A stretch of 56,382 nt of DNA, counting the filler, from Sphacelaria rigidula (Eukaryota): the NCBI GenBank assembly GCA_964200075.2. It is 5 parts of 5 records of this genome, joined end to end, with 100 filler letters (N's around TTAATTAATTAA, not from the genome) between each part and the next. Parts side by side here need not be neighbours in the genome. Positions count along the whole stretch, not along the records: positions 33,892 to 45,087 come from CAXNAA020005258.1; positions 45,188 to 56,382 come from CAXNAA020005259.1; 3 more parts are not named here. One strand, written 5' to 3'. Shown piece by piece: positions 38,151 to 50,529 of the stretch. A model generated the notes under the pieces. The model searched no databases. It was not told the DNA's origin and worked only from the letters and a program-made list of their open reading frames with translations. Position 1 is the stretch's first letter. Every line of letters begins with the position of its first letter. The position numbers and the translations under genes are program-made.

Positions 38151-38627
38151 TGCAGGTGTAACGGATAGTATCGTTACATAGAGGATTACATGTGCGTATC
38201 TATACCTGTGTGCCGATGTTGCCTGTTGCTGTAGGGTAGGCGTTGCTGTTTGCAACACTACAATACCCCCACAGTTGCCGCAGTAAAACGTGCGTTGATC
38301 ACAACATCTTTGCAACGTCTTCACTCAATCGCCACATGTACGTGATGAGTGCATTAATGACACTCGATCGCACGCTCGACGCATCACTCTGTTGCGTGTC
38401 GCCGGGAAGCAGTTTGGACACACTCAAAACGTGCGGTCTACTAGTGTTCACGGAGTCATTTGGTTTTGGACTCTTTTTCCTTTTCCAGCCGTCACTCGGA
38501 CGTTCTGTCGCATGAGCACGTGTTGAAAAACGTTGGAGGCGCAGAAAACAGAAGATAATCTACACGATCGGGTACGAACCAACCATGATTGCCTTCGGCA
38601 TAGGTTATAACAAGTGCGGGCTCATAC

Positions 38628-38762
38628 CTGAATAAAACTCTCTTGGTCGAAAAACTCAGTGATTGCCTGGGTGACAATCGGGCTGAACACCATTTCTCCA
38701 TCGTCTGCATCTGCCAACCCCGTGCTCTCGAAGGTTCTGCGAGATAATTTCGATAGCCAGGC
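38628..38762 (-). CDS. Exon-like segment of an unidentified, possibly decayed gene
   Basis: gtacAG acceptor and GTATGA donor; 135 nt, open in phase 0 (AWLSKLSRRTFES...FFDQESFIQ). No recognisable domain. Confidence 0.35.
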
Positions 38763-38844
38763 CTGTACCAGGAAAAAGTTTGATACAAGGAAGGAACATA
38801 GGCGTGTGTATCATCCAGGCATCCTTTCCTCCTTCGTCACACTT

Positions 38845-38950
38845 TTAACCCTTAGACCGCGAGATTAGTCTTTCTGGATCATGCATACTTTTTTTCACTT
38901 GAAATTGATGCCGATTCAACAGAAGACTAACTTCGCGGTCTAAGGGTAAA
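38845..38950 (-). mobile_element. piggyBac-type MITE, family B
   Basis: TTAA-CCCTTAGACCGCGA...TCGCGGTCTAAGGG-TAAA. Confidence 0.88.
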
Positions 38951-38951
38951 C

Positions 38952-39228
38952 CCCGTCCCTTCTCTTGGGACAAGTCAATGGTCTCAAGATATCAGTTCAT
39001 CTCTCTCTCGCAGTACACGCCTTACATGTTAGTGTCGCGGATTGCAGTATGGCGTCGACCCTCCTCATCAAAGTAAACGCTATGTTACTGCTTACCTCCC
39101 AACGCTTTCAATTGCGGAACTCAGATACCTCGCAGAAAAAAACTCGCTTGCTTATCTCTGGAATCGAACCAGCCCTCTTCCTATCTGATCGGTTTCATTT
39201 TCACCAGTTAACCCTCGGGGCACGGCGG
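38952..39228 (-). mobile_element. tRNA-derived SINE, family 2
   Basis: B box ggttcgattcc; body caatccgcgacac...aaggcgtgtac...ttgagaccatt. Confidence 0.7.
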
Positions 39229-40301
39229 GAAATGTATCTGAATTCAGACTGTTAGGCCGCGTCTTTTCTAAAAGGTTTCCTATCGCCCAAAGCCTTTTTC
39301 CCCCGAAGCTACGACATAGGTTGTGTCCAGGTATGCATATCTTTGGGCGGCAAGCGGCACAAGTGTTAGTTTATAGATCGATCGTTTAGAAGTACAGCAG
39401 CGTCCAGCCCAAACGTACACTTCGAATAGGTCGTCAAGCCCATTTCAGGTACAGCCGCGCCACCGAACCCCCGTGATTTGAAGTTCGTTGCTAACTCAAA
39501 GGCATAATCTGTGCAAGTATCATGCGCTAGATATGCATTCGCTATCGCAGCTCCGCCGAGTGTAAAATTAACATTTATGGTTGAGTAAGGCGCCACACCG
39601 GTTGCTCGAAGCCCTGAGGATGCCTCGTCAACCAACTGGAGTAGTATCGTCCTCTACTCCGTGGCATTTGACGGGGACCGCCCCTCATTTTTTTGCATCG
39701 GAAAAACAATATAGGCGCTTTCCAAACATGTACTATCCACGCACTAGGTAACCAGGGTGGTGCATGGGATCAACCGAATTGCTGTCTAGAAGACAGGAGG
39801 AGGCGGTATACTGATGCTGGTGGACAGACTCACTTCCACAACCGCCACGAACAAGACTACGTTTCACAAAGTGGTCCGGTATATCCAAACGGTTGCCTAC
39901 TTTCGGCACAATACGCAAGTGGTCCTCAGTGAGCAGTTGTGACGTATCTCCAATGATGTGACGTTCACGACGTCAACTGAGGATGTTTATTGTACTCCTC
40001 ACAGTAGTTGCATACACTTTTTCACCTGAAGCGTGCTACTGACCAGAGTGTACCTCCTGCACATGAACTGAATCAACCCGTTTGGGGCCACATTGGACTA
40101 ACCGGGGATGAGGGTCCACCGTGAATCGGTATCATCTTCACTTGAAAACCACTGAAAATTGATGCCGATTCACGAACAGACCCTGCGTGCGGACCAGGTC
40201 CTCACACCTGCTTAGTGGGAGTCCGGTCCCCAAAGCGTTAATGGTGGCGTTTTCAATCCATCATAGGTGACATTTTCTATCCAATAAATCTGCCGTTTCA
40301 C

Positions 40302-40470
40302 CTTCAACATGTTGTCAACCAGAGCCACGCCGTCCGCTCGAACGTGCACGATGGCAGCACCTGTCACGGTGGACGGACTGAGATGGCGCACATCGCCCGT
40401 CTCCATGGCAACGTGGGCCCAGGCATCTAGTGCGAGAGCCTCCCCGTCCGGCAATACCAGACAACGCGAG
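40302..40470 (-). CDS. Exon with a LamG/concanavalin-A-like strand motif (gene probably decayed)
   Basis: gcacAG acceptor and GTGAAA donor; reads LPDGEALALDAWAHVAM...VHVRADGVALV, like the LamG_3 pattern 'LxxxxWxHVA...YxDG'. Confidence 0.45.
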
Positions 40471-42287
40471 CTGTGCGCAAAGTGCTGCCAAACGAAAAGG
40501 ATGGAAGCAATATTACCACAGGCGGAGTCATAACGCCCACTCTGAGCAAGCCGGTGGGCCACTGTACGGATGATGCACACCATCATTTCTGGCTTTATCA
40601 GACGCCGAAAAAAGGTGTTTTGATTGTCATCTTTTCTAGCCCACGGCGAGGTTTGTCGTCAGATAGACGAGTTTGATCCATGCCGTCTAGAATTTGAACA
40701 CGATCACTGTCCCGCCTCCCGTAGCCCTCTGCCTGCAAAACCCTCTGCAAACAAACCGTGGTGTGCATACTTCAGAACCCGAGAACGTATAACAACATTG
40801 ACACCATAAGGATGATCCGTCATCGGAGAGACTTGCCGTAGTTCTCCGATATTCACACACTTCTGGCTCGCCAGCAGCACCGTGCTTTGGCATGGCAGGT
40901 GGGCTTTGAAAACAAAATCGGAGGAGGCACGTTGGTCCGTTTAGAAAGTGTCATCCGTCAGCAGCGCAGTGTTTGGCCGAGACTATCGAGTGTGAAGCCG
41001 GAAAGCGCCGGGACCCCAGAGCATTGATGGATGATTTCTTCTACTTCTCGTCTGCTAGAGGAGGTTAAAGAACACGGGCACACTTCCCCACCATAGCATA
41101 GCATGTTTCGATTGAAATTTAGTGAGAAAATGTGCGACCGTCCACAGAGTACGTACCGGACACTGCAGAAAAAATCCACTACATGCGTGCAGACTGCGGA
41201 GCGGGGGATTGAAGCAATCACCTCCGAACCAGTGAGCGAGGGCCTGCCCGCTAGATCTCCGGAGATCATCCCTTCCAGGAACCTAGATACTGGACCATCC
41301 AGTACAAGGAGGCGGCTTCTGCATCCGTGCGCGAACCCGCTGGTGGCGTCGCCTGCTGGAACGGGACATACGTCCCCGATTCCGACCCCCGCCGCACGGT
41401 GTCGGGAGCGCCCCCTGCCACTACAATCGGTAGCGCCATCGTTGCCTCCACCTGAATCATCATCCGAAGAAAACTCTCAGGGGTAAAACAATCATGACCA
41501 TTTAGAGGTAAGCTGACGGGGCCAGAAAAGGCCAGTGTTGAACTGCAACGACTTGGTTTATAAGTGACCCGTCGTTGCTTAGTATTACGGGGTCGTCGGG
41601 CCACGGTTGTCGATTACTTAGGGGAATAGAAGGGAGCTATCGAGAACTCCACGCCTTGGTGTCAACATGGCTGTCTCGGGTATACTCTACCTGTATGAGG
41701 TGTTTCCGTTCGATAGCAATTTCGCTCGTTGAGGCGCATAGGTAATGTTGAATTTCTCGTCGAGGAAGTGTGACCTCTTCATTGAACACCCACTCAAACT
41801 TCTATACTTGTTGAGTTCCTCGTCGAGGGGGTTTCATTTGTTTATTGTACAGCGGCACCCTGCATCGGATGGGGGGAGCAGCTTTTCCTTTTACAATTGC
41901 ACGAACAGCTGCGGTGAGCATGGGCGACACTTGCCGCTACTATCAGTGACACTTGAGCAGGTGCCACCCACACTCGAGCAATCGTCGCCGACACTCGGGG
42001 TGAAAGTTGCGCACACTTTTGCCAGTGATTTATTTGCCGCAACTGCCGGCGACAGGTGTCGCCGTCACATCAGAAGTCCCGCGGCGTCAGTTCGGCAACG
42101 TTGGCGCCAGTCCCGCCAGTATCGGTGTCAGTTTTCTCGAGTGCCGGTCACAGTTGAGCTATCAAAGACGTTGCGCCGACAGTCACGGTAAGTGTTGGTG
42201 ATATTTGCACAGGTCTAGCCTACACTCATCGCTGACACTCGCGGTGGAAGATACGGGTATGTGTGCCAGGAAACATAACCCTAACAA

Positions 42288-42724
42288 CACAGGATCTTAC
42301 AAACTGGGGATGGATCATTTATTGGGGATGAGAAACTCGGAGAATTAAGATCTTCGTATCCGCACCAAATATTCGAAATGTGGTTCCATTTCTTCACCTA
42401 CTGATAGATATTAACAACTACTACACGCCATAGGAATTTGGATTTCGATCACCGCAATGTTGGGGTCCTAGGTGAAAAAACATTTCGGAACCATTTTGGC
42501 GTCCGCTCGGACACCCGGATTCCACAAAACTGTTTTTTCACCTAGGACCCCAACATTTCGGTGTTCGAGATCCAAATTTTTACGGCGTGTAGCAGTTGTC
42601 AATAGCTATGAGTAGGTGAAGAAATGGAACCATATTTCGAATATTTGGTGCGGATACGAAGATTTTAATCCTCCGGGTTTCCATCCACAATAAATGATCC
42701 ATCCCCAATTTGTAAGATCCCGTG
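42288..42724. mobile_element. Foldback MITE with CAC(A/G)GGATCTTACAAA termini
   Basis: Highly complementary arms of about 190 bp, flanked by TAACCC-type repeats. Confidence 0.9.
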
Positions 42725-43837
42725 TGTAACTCTAAAACCCTAACCCTAACTATACACCACCGTGGTCGGTAGCGGAGGTGGCGGCGACGGTAGCGGAGTT
42801 GTCGGGGATGGGTCCGAAGGTATGGGCGGCAATGTGGCCTACACCAATGGATGGCCGGCAAGACCCATGCCACTGGTTCCCGCGCTCCCGCGACTATCGC
42901 CAACGCCTGTGCAATCGTCGCGGAAACCCGCACCATCGTAGCCGGAGTTGGGGAGATGTTGGCGATAGTTACAGAAGCGTGGGAACCACTTCGGTAAGTG
43001 TATACTTTCCACAAGTGTGGTCGACACCTTCGAAGTTCACGCGAACATTCGACGGGGCACCTCTATGCCACACCGTGGGCAACGGTTATCCTCGGTATGG
43101 CCTACAGCTGCCGGGCATTGATGACATTCACGACAGTGTCCCATCGGCCACGCCACGGAGGTGTCGTCGCTAGTACCGAAGGTCCTGCCGACGATGCAAA
43201 AATTTGATGGAATGATGACAGCCAACGCCAGCCTCGGTGGAGACGTGTCAAACGTGTTGTCGATAGCTGCCGAAAGCGTCGACGACGAGACTACCGCGCT
43301 CCGATTTAAGATAACGCTTTCTATATCATGTATTTGAGCGTCGGCTGTATAGCAAATTGCGGTACAACTTGTGACGGTTCAGCGAAATCATGAACCATGT
43401 ACGTAATCGTTTATCGTACTTTGAGGGAAACGACGCAGGATATCGAGGTAGATAACGTGCTGTTATTTGTTTATCGCGGTAGGAAACTGCAGCGAAGTTA
43501 GTACGTCCTACAGAGTATCTAGTATGTGAGCTGTGGCAAGGCTGATGAGTCGCCAGCAAGTTGAACCAGATGGCATGTCCCTTCTATTGGTGCGGAATTT
43601 GTTCTGTTCCAAGAGTGACTCACAGCTTGTTTTTCAACTGTCTCTATCCCTCACCGCACTCACTCCTCCGGGTGACACCGCTTTGACAAAAGACTGTGTA
43701 TTTTTTCATGAAAAATTAGCACCCGTGAACACCATCTCGCTTTTGCTTTCTGCTGCAAGACGCAAGTGAGCTTCATAGCTACTGTGCATCCTCTGCACGT
43801 CTGCCCAATGAGGTACAAGAAATCTGTCCGTTGGTCG

Positions 43838-44190
43838 CCCCGGTCGGTGGCTTAGTTGGTAACCTCGAAACCTTGTGACGGTTGGGTCGTGGATTCGAAT
43901 CTCGGCGCTATCTGAGATTTTTTTCTCAAACAAAAATGCCCAACAGTTGAGAGCCACTATTTATGTCGTGGGTACACAAAAGGTGACTCAATGGTCGACT
44001 AGGGAAAGGGACTGCTGTACCCCTCTCGCGAAAAAAATAAAGGTAAGCATCGCAGAAGGAAGGTGGACAAGCAAAATACAAAAAGTCCTGTGTTGACTTT
44101 CCTCCTGCGTGACCCCGGCTGGTGCGCCCACATATACCGAAAGGTGCAGATCGACGTCCAGAGTAGATGGGACGACAATACACACACATT
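43838..44190 (+). mobile_element. tRNA-derived SINE, family 1
   Basis: A box tggcttagttgg, B box gattcgaatc and a (CA)n tail; matches 37790-38150. Confidence 0.85.
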
Positions 44191-44519
44191 GAAACAGCGT
44201 CACACAACACCAACCTTTCGATCCAACCGTAGGTGGCACCTGCTGCAAGTGTCGGCCCAATTGTAAAGAATGCAACCTCATGGGTTAGGAGGGTAGGCTC
44301 TAGAGCACAAAGTTTTCTTGTTCTACTCGATAGCAATACCGTTCCAAGAGACACTGAAATCTTTTGATAGGAGGATGATGCCGCGATATCCCCCCCCCCC
44401 AAAAAAAACGAGACCCTGTCACAAAGAAAATGGTCATACCGCGCATGCAAGCTGGTTGCAGACTGTATGAAGCACGTCGTACGATCGACATTGACGAAAA
44501 CGATTTCAGGCGTGGTACC

Positions 44520-44890
44520 CAGGAAGCGAACAGTTTCGCTCACTAGTTTAGTAGGTAAACTGTTTGCTTCTCGAACAAAAGATATGCTGTGTGGTCCGTC
44601 CCGGCATGACACACCAGTGATCTCTGGGCCCCCCTACCCCTCACAAGCCTCACTGTTCACGTGTCGAACTCATTCCTCCCACAATCGATCGTGCCGGGAC
44701 TCGAACCGCATATCTTTTGTTCAAGACCAGAGAAAATGTGAGGCTTGCGAGGGGTACGGGGCCCCGGAGATCACTAATGTGTCATGCCGGGCCGGACCAC
44801 ACAGCATATCTTTTGTTCAGAAAGCGAACACTTTACCCATTGAATCAGTGAGCGCTCACCGGTTCAATGGGTAAAGTGTTCGCTTCCTGA
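44520..44890. repeat. Foldback built from inverted SINE-head-like units
   Basis: Arms at about 44520-44652 and 44737-44889, with termini CAGGAAGCGAACA / TGTTCGCTTCCTG; strong internal hairpin at 44817-44890. Confidence 0.8.
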
Positions 44891-45087
44891 AGACGTGGGA
44901 GTCCCCGACTAGTCGGTGTGCTCGTCTTTTTATTCAAACCAGCCACTGTTTTCCTAGAGGGGGCTATCGCGGCATCAGTCAGGAATCGAACGCAGTGGAG
45001 CTCGCTAGGTTCCCCTCTTCATTGCACCGCTGGTAGTCTTCGAAAAAAAAAATACGACGAAAGTATCTATCACGATAGGCGCCAGAG

Positions 45088-45187
45088 NNNNNNNNNNNNN
45101 NNNNNNNNNNNNNNNNNNNNNNNNNNNNNNNTTAATTAATTAANNNNNNNNNNNNNNNNNNNNNNNNNNNNNNNNNNNNNNNNNNNN
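45088..45187. other. Artificial linker
   Basis: 44N-TTAATTAATTAA-44N. Confidence 0.97.
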
Positions 45188-45666
45188 CCAGCGCCGTTTA
45201 CACACTAGAGCAAACTTTGCTTCGCCATCCCGGCGCACGTGAGATGTCGTCAGGGGTTGATGATCTATTGGCATCACCCGTGCTCTCGAAAACTTGCAGC
45301 ACAGACAGTACCCAGCGCAGAGATTACAGGATACTGTCTGTGCTGGACACTTTCTACGATAGCCCCCCCCCCAAAAAAAACCAGCTCAAAAGTGTCACGA
45401 AAAAATTGGCCATGCAGCGCCTTATATTGGCGACATTGGCTAGGACGAACCCAAGCGTGGGGATTCCCAGCTTCTCGTTGTGCTCGATTTTTCCCATTTC
45501 GATTTACGTGAAGAGTTTGCCTCCCAAAACCATGCATTTTGGGGCGGCGTACTCATTTGTTGCTTGCCTTTGTCGTGTGACCATTGGCCACGCATCCCTT
45601 TCGAGACGGAGCAACTTTGGTGGGGGGAGCTATCATAGAAAGTGTCGCTGTCTCATGCAGTGAGTT

Positions 45667-46195
45667 GCGGGTGTCAGTTTGCACACAACAGTAGTACGCA
45701 CGGCTGTAGTAAAAATGGTGCGTAAAACGTGAGATATGTGGACGACGTGCAATATAGACAACACCAGGCAGTACTGTACTATCTGCACTGCCTCATTGAA
45801 CAGTAGGATCCACATGCCATGCTGCACCCAACGGCGGCCGAAAATGATTTGGACAACGTGCAGTGCAGACAGTACATTGCTTGTACTGCCGCATTCAGCA
45901 GTACAGTAGGATGGAAATGTTCGTTTGCCAGTAGTACAACGGCTGCACTGAATATGATGTGGGCAACGTTCAGTACAGACAGAACTAAGCAGTACAATAC
46001 TGCCTGTTCTGCCTGCCGCATACGGCAGTATACATGCGCACATGTCAGGTTGGAGACGGTAATGTACAACGGCTGCACTAAAAGTGATGTGGAGGAGTGC
46101 AGTACAGACAGTACTAGACAGTACAGAACTAATGTCTGTACTGCCGCATACGGGATACGGCAGTATAGATTGAATACGTCAGTTTGCACACAGTG
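45667..46195. repeat. Degenerate tandem array (gcagtacagacag / ctgccgcat / tacaacggctgcact units)
   Basis: Recurrent motifs, bounded by the direct repeat gtcagtttgcacaca. Confidence 0.7.
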
Positions 46196-46873
46196 CGAGC
46201 TGAGCCAGCAGCGATTGGGGGAGGTCTATGTTTCACGTCTTCTTACACAGGAAGCTTGGCGTGGCGAAGTCTTTAGATCTTTGTACCTCGCCTTGGCGTG
46301 CACACCCCTTTGAAATCCGCTGACCGCACTATTGGTACCTCCCCACTCTTTTGGTACGCCACCCCCCTCAAAAATATATCCGGAACTGTAAGCTAGGGTC
46401 AACATCTCTCATAGTATTTTCCTAGCGGTATTTTTTCTTCATAATTTTTTGCAAAAAACGAGGGGAAAAAACTAACCGGAAGAATCGGCCTGAGGGTCTC
46501 ACCGAGTACACGTTTTTTTTTGTGGATGACCTGTCGCTGCCCTTGCCATTTGTTCGCGTCCACGATGGATTATGCTTTGCTCATTCCATGCAGAGTGTGC
46601 GTCTCACCCTGGAAAATAGAAAATGGTCGTACTTTTGATTGCCCGTGTCTCGCCATAAGCTCTTGTTGTCTGTGATGCACTTTGGTGTGCTCTTTTCAGG
46701 CCGGCGTAAAGGAGATGCGATGCCCTCCCTTGTCAGAGATGGAGATGGTGGTGAAGAGTGCGGGGGGCACATGGCTCAAGCAAATCCCGAGGGTGAGATA
46801 CCCGCCATTGTACTTTGCAAGCCACCTTTGAAAATCACACTGGGCATGTGCATATCACCGCGCCCCGAGCTGC

Positions 46874-47330
46874 CGCGCCTCGGTGGTATAATCGGAACAA
46901 CTGAAACCAATTAGATTGGAACAGGGCGGGTTCTATCCCCCGCAGATCCTATTAGATATTTTTCCCTCAAGTACGTGGTGTTCCTCGTTGAACAGTAAAG
47001 ACGTGAGTACCAGTAGAAACCTTCCGTGATGGGAGTTGACGCGGTGCGGACAGCACTGATCCAATCTGCGATACCAAAAATCGAACCGCCGCGCCCCGTT
47101 GGTGTAAATGAAAATAATCCAACTGACAGCATTAGGGTGGAAAGAACGCGGGTTCGGTTCTCGCCTGAAACGTTTGGATTCTTTGTCGGTAAGTAGCTGA
47201 TTCCCGCGGTTGAAAACGCGAGGGCGTGAGTAGCAAGAAGATATTGACTGAGTTAGTCTAACGAGAATTGACGCATTGTGGGGATGTTTATCCAATCCAC
47301 AAAACCAAAACTAGGTGTGTACCGGGGGGA
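46874..47330 (+). mobile_element. Two head-to-tail family-2 SINE copies
   Basis: Heads cgcgcctcggtggtataatcgg (about 46875) and cgcgccccgttggtgtaaatg (about 47090), each with a B-box-like gggttc and a tccaatc body motif. Confidence 0.65.
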
Positions 47331-47998
47331 TGGGAAAGAGGGGGGGGCGTCCTCATGTGTTGCTTGCCTTAGTCGTTTGACCGTTGACCACGCATCCCTT
47401 TCGAGACGGAGCAGATGGGGAAGAGGAGGGGGAGGTAATCATTCGTTACTTGCCTTAGTCGTTTGACTATTGACCACGCATTCCTTTCGAAACGGAGCAC
47501 CACACGCCGGAAGAGAAAATGGGTTGATCCCTTGAGACCACAGACTCGTTTCGAGGAAGACAAGGAGGAGTTGAAAGTATGATGAGGGAAAAATCTCGAG
47601 GCTGGTACCACACCATGCACAAACGATAGTGGGATGTCCGTGTCATGGCGAAGACCGCTTCGACAGGGGCGTGGGACGACGGAACCCGAAGGGACTCATG
47701 TTTCCTGTATTTGTCGAATACCCGAGATAGCCAGGTGCACCACCCTAAAGAGCCAGGAACTACGAGGTCGGAGGCACACCCGGGGCACTATCTAGTCCAC
47801 ACAACTTATTGCCTAACATTGTCAACGAAGATAATGCGTCTAGCCCCAGGGGGCCTTTGGCCAAAGATAGTAACAGCTACCCTCGGCAGGGTTGCAGGAG
47901 GTACACCATCCCCGGAGACTGTAGTACTGTCCCGTAGATGCCTAGCTTTAGCGTGTTTCACACGCCTTCAATTGCGGTGATGTCGGAACACTTCCGGC

Positions 47999-48055
47999 GC
48001 GAGTCAGGCGAGCGGGCGCGAGTCAGGCGAGCGGGCGCGAGTCAGGCGAGCGGGC
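47999..48055. repeat. Perfect 19-bp x3 tandem repeat (gcgagtcaggcgagcgggc)
   Basis: Directly visible; no spacers. Confidence 0.95.
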
Positions 48056-50529
48056 GCAGTCCGCGTAGCCCCCCGCAGCTGGGGAGTGGTGGAAATAGAA
48101 CCGCCACAGAAGCGGAAAATATTTCAGGTTACCTGGGAAGGGTTGCTGCGTTTCGGCGATCAGTCAACCAAAAGCGTTCTTGCCATCTTGGTACTCAGGG
48201 CGACACAACACCACTTCCACTACAACCACACCACCTTGATGCCGGAAGCCTCAATAAAATACTTTTAAAGCCGTTTCAAAATTGACGTACCAACTATATC
48301 CTTTCCACCCATTCCCCGTCCTGTCCGAACCCCATGTCCCCATGTAAACAGGGAGGCGTGAAAGACCCTAGTTCGTTGCTAGTCATCTCGCACCCCACCG
48401 CGTTGGCGGCAAGCGGCCCCAAGGGAACGAAGTCGCGCAAGGCCGCAAAAGCTGGGCGATGTGAGAGGGCCTACCTTCCTGAGATGTTGTTCCTGTGCAT
48501 TCTCAGGCAGAGAATGGATTGGCCGGATGACCTTGCCGTGGGTAGCGGGACTTGAGGAGAGACGCGCGAGGGTGACTGTGCTTTGACAATGTCTATAAAA
48601 GGGGAAGGGCACGCGTGTGTGTTCATGTGTGTAGCGTCATGTTCAGGATTTGTGCTGGTGATCAGAGATGGCAAGATGCGTGCTGCGACTCTGTTTTTTT
48701 TCGTGTGATGAAAGCGCCCCCCGAAGCTGCAAACAAGCGGGGTACATAAATCGATCAGAAGCGCGTTTTTTGTTCCCGCGAAATCGTGTTGTTGGTGTTG
48801 TACGTAAAGCTATATTTTTTCTCGTCGAAGATGAAGGTGTCCGCGGTCGAAATATGATGGGGATATCAAGTGTTGACGGGAGTACATACCTCGTCATAGG
48901 ATAACTGAACTCTTGAACTGTTTGTTAAAGTTAAGAGATTCAGCGTAGAATCTAGCTCAGTAATCAGTCGGCGATGTTGCTGTTGTTGTAGAGCTGATCT
49001 CGGAGTGTAGATGTGCGTGCTGAAGGGCGTCGAAATATTTGTTTGCAGAGACGGTCAGGGGCGTCAATGATAACTTTAATGATAATTGTGGTTTGCTGGT
49101 CAGCTCGAGAGAGAGGAGTTCCGTCCGGGAGGGTGGTACTCCAGGGAAATGGGGGGGCGAGTTTGCCGCAGGCAGTGGGCTTCATGACTCAGAGAGGGAT
49201 GAAAAAAATAACTCACGTCCCTTTATTCTCGTAGACGGCAGCGGCCATGACGCCAAAAGTGGATTGTTGGGGAACATCTCCCCGAGGTCCTCCGTTCAGC
49301 CAGGCCTTGTTTATAGGTAAGATGAAGGTTTGGCTTCTCATCGCGATGAGTGATATCCCCTGTACCCGGCGGTAGGGCGTGACATGTTGGTTCAAAGGGT
49401 CTGTTTATTGTGCCCACAATTGTACAGCAATTGGAACCATATATGCGGTATTTACGAGAGGGCTGGTTCTTTGCTGGCGTGCTAGTCGGGGACTCTAGTC
49501 AGTGTCCTTGCGGAAGAACTTTCGGAGACAAAGACAGTGAACTGCTTGTATTTTGCTGTGCTCATGTGCACTGACGAATCAAAACCAAGGTCGAGAGATC
49601 CTTGATGTATGGCAAGATCTGTCCCCCCCTCCCCCGAGGGAAGGATGTGTATGCTCTAGTCTATGATGACTGCATGCTATTTGTTGTTGTTGTACCTCAC
49701 AGGGTAGTCACTCAGTTTACTTTGTTGTTGCTCTCTTTGTTTCGTTTTGCCCACAGTAATCGTTGTGTTGTGTCGACATCCACCTCGTCAAGTTTGACCG
49801 TTTGTGCCAACGCAGTTCAGCGGTGAAGTTCGCCCTTGTCGCGCCCTTGATTTGAAAATCCGAGTTTTGAACAACATGAACAATATATTCGCTTCAGCAC
49901 ATACATACGCCCGCATGTTCCGACAGAAAGTACAGCCACCTTATTTCACCTCTTTCACCGCCAGTGCGGGTTTCCTGTCGAGTCGGCGGCATTATTATTT
50001 TCATGGAACAATATTATCGTGAGACTTGAGAGTCGAGCGTTGATTGAGAGTGAGTTTCCTTATTGCTCTAACTAGACCAATTTTTCGTGTTCTGTGTGTT
50101 TTTCTTTGCCTGTAACACTGTCGTATGCTTACAGCTACCTGTCGATATCCTACTCGAAAATATCAAAGGCTTCACAGAACGCGTATGGGGTCTCGTACAA
50201 GGCCCGAAGGGGCATTTCGGAACTAGAACTATTTTATTAGTTCATTGACCGCTTCTCCCGGCCAATCGTATCCTAGATTCTCAATCTCACGAAAACATCA
50301 AGGCTTGTAACATTTACTGGAAGGTACAGATGACCCACCCTGGCGATCAAACCGTTATAAGAAGACAACACAGACCACGGAGGAAGTAAGTGGTGAGCTT
50401 TCGGAGGCCTATTCAAGTATATGTACGCGGCTGAGTATTGGTTGATCGATACATCTCAATAGGCTTGCGACATGAACGGTTACGTGAGGAAAAAGTGAAC
50501 GGAATAACGAAAAAAAACAAATGCATGTA

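Noticed and set aside
43838..43910. tRNA genes at SINE heads (also about 38080-38150, 46875, 54560)
   Set aside because: A and B boxes are present, but there is no complete cloverleaf, the anticodon loop varies between copies, and each continues into a shared repeat body.
47999..48055. CRISPR-like array (also considered 23025-23612)
   Set aside because: The repeats abut or are degenerate, with no unique equal-length spacers, no cas genes, and a eukaryotic context.
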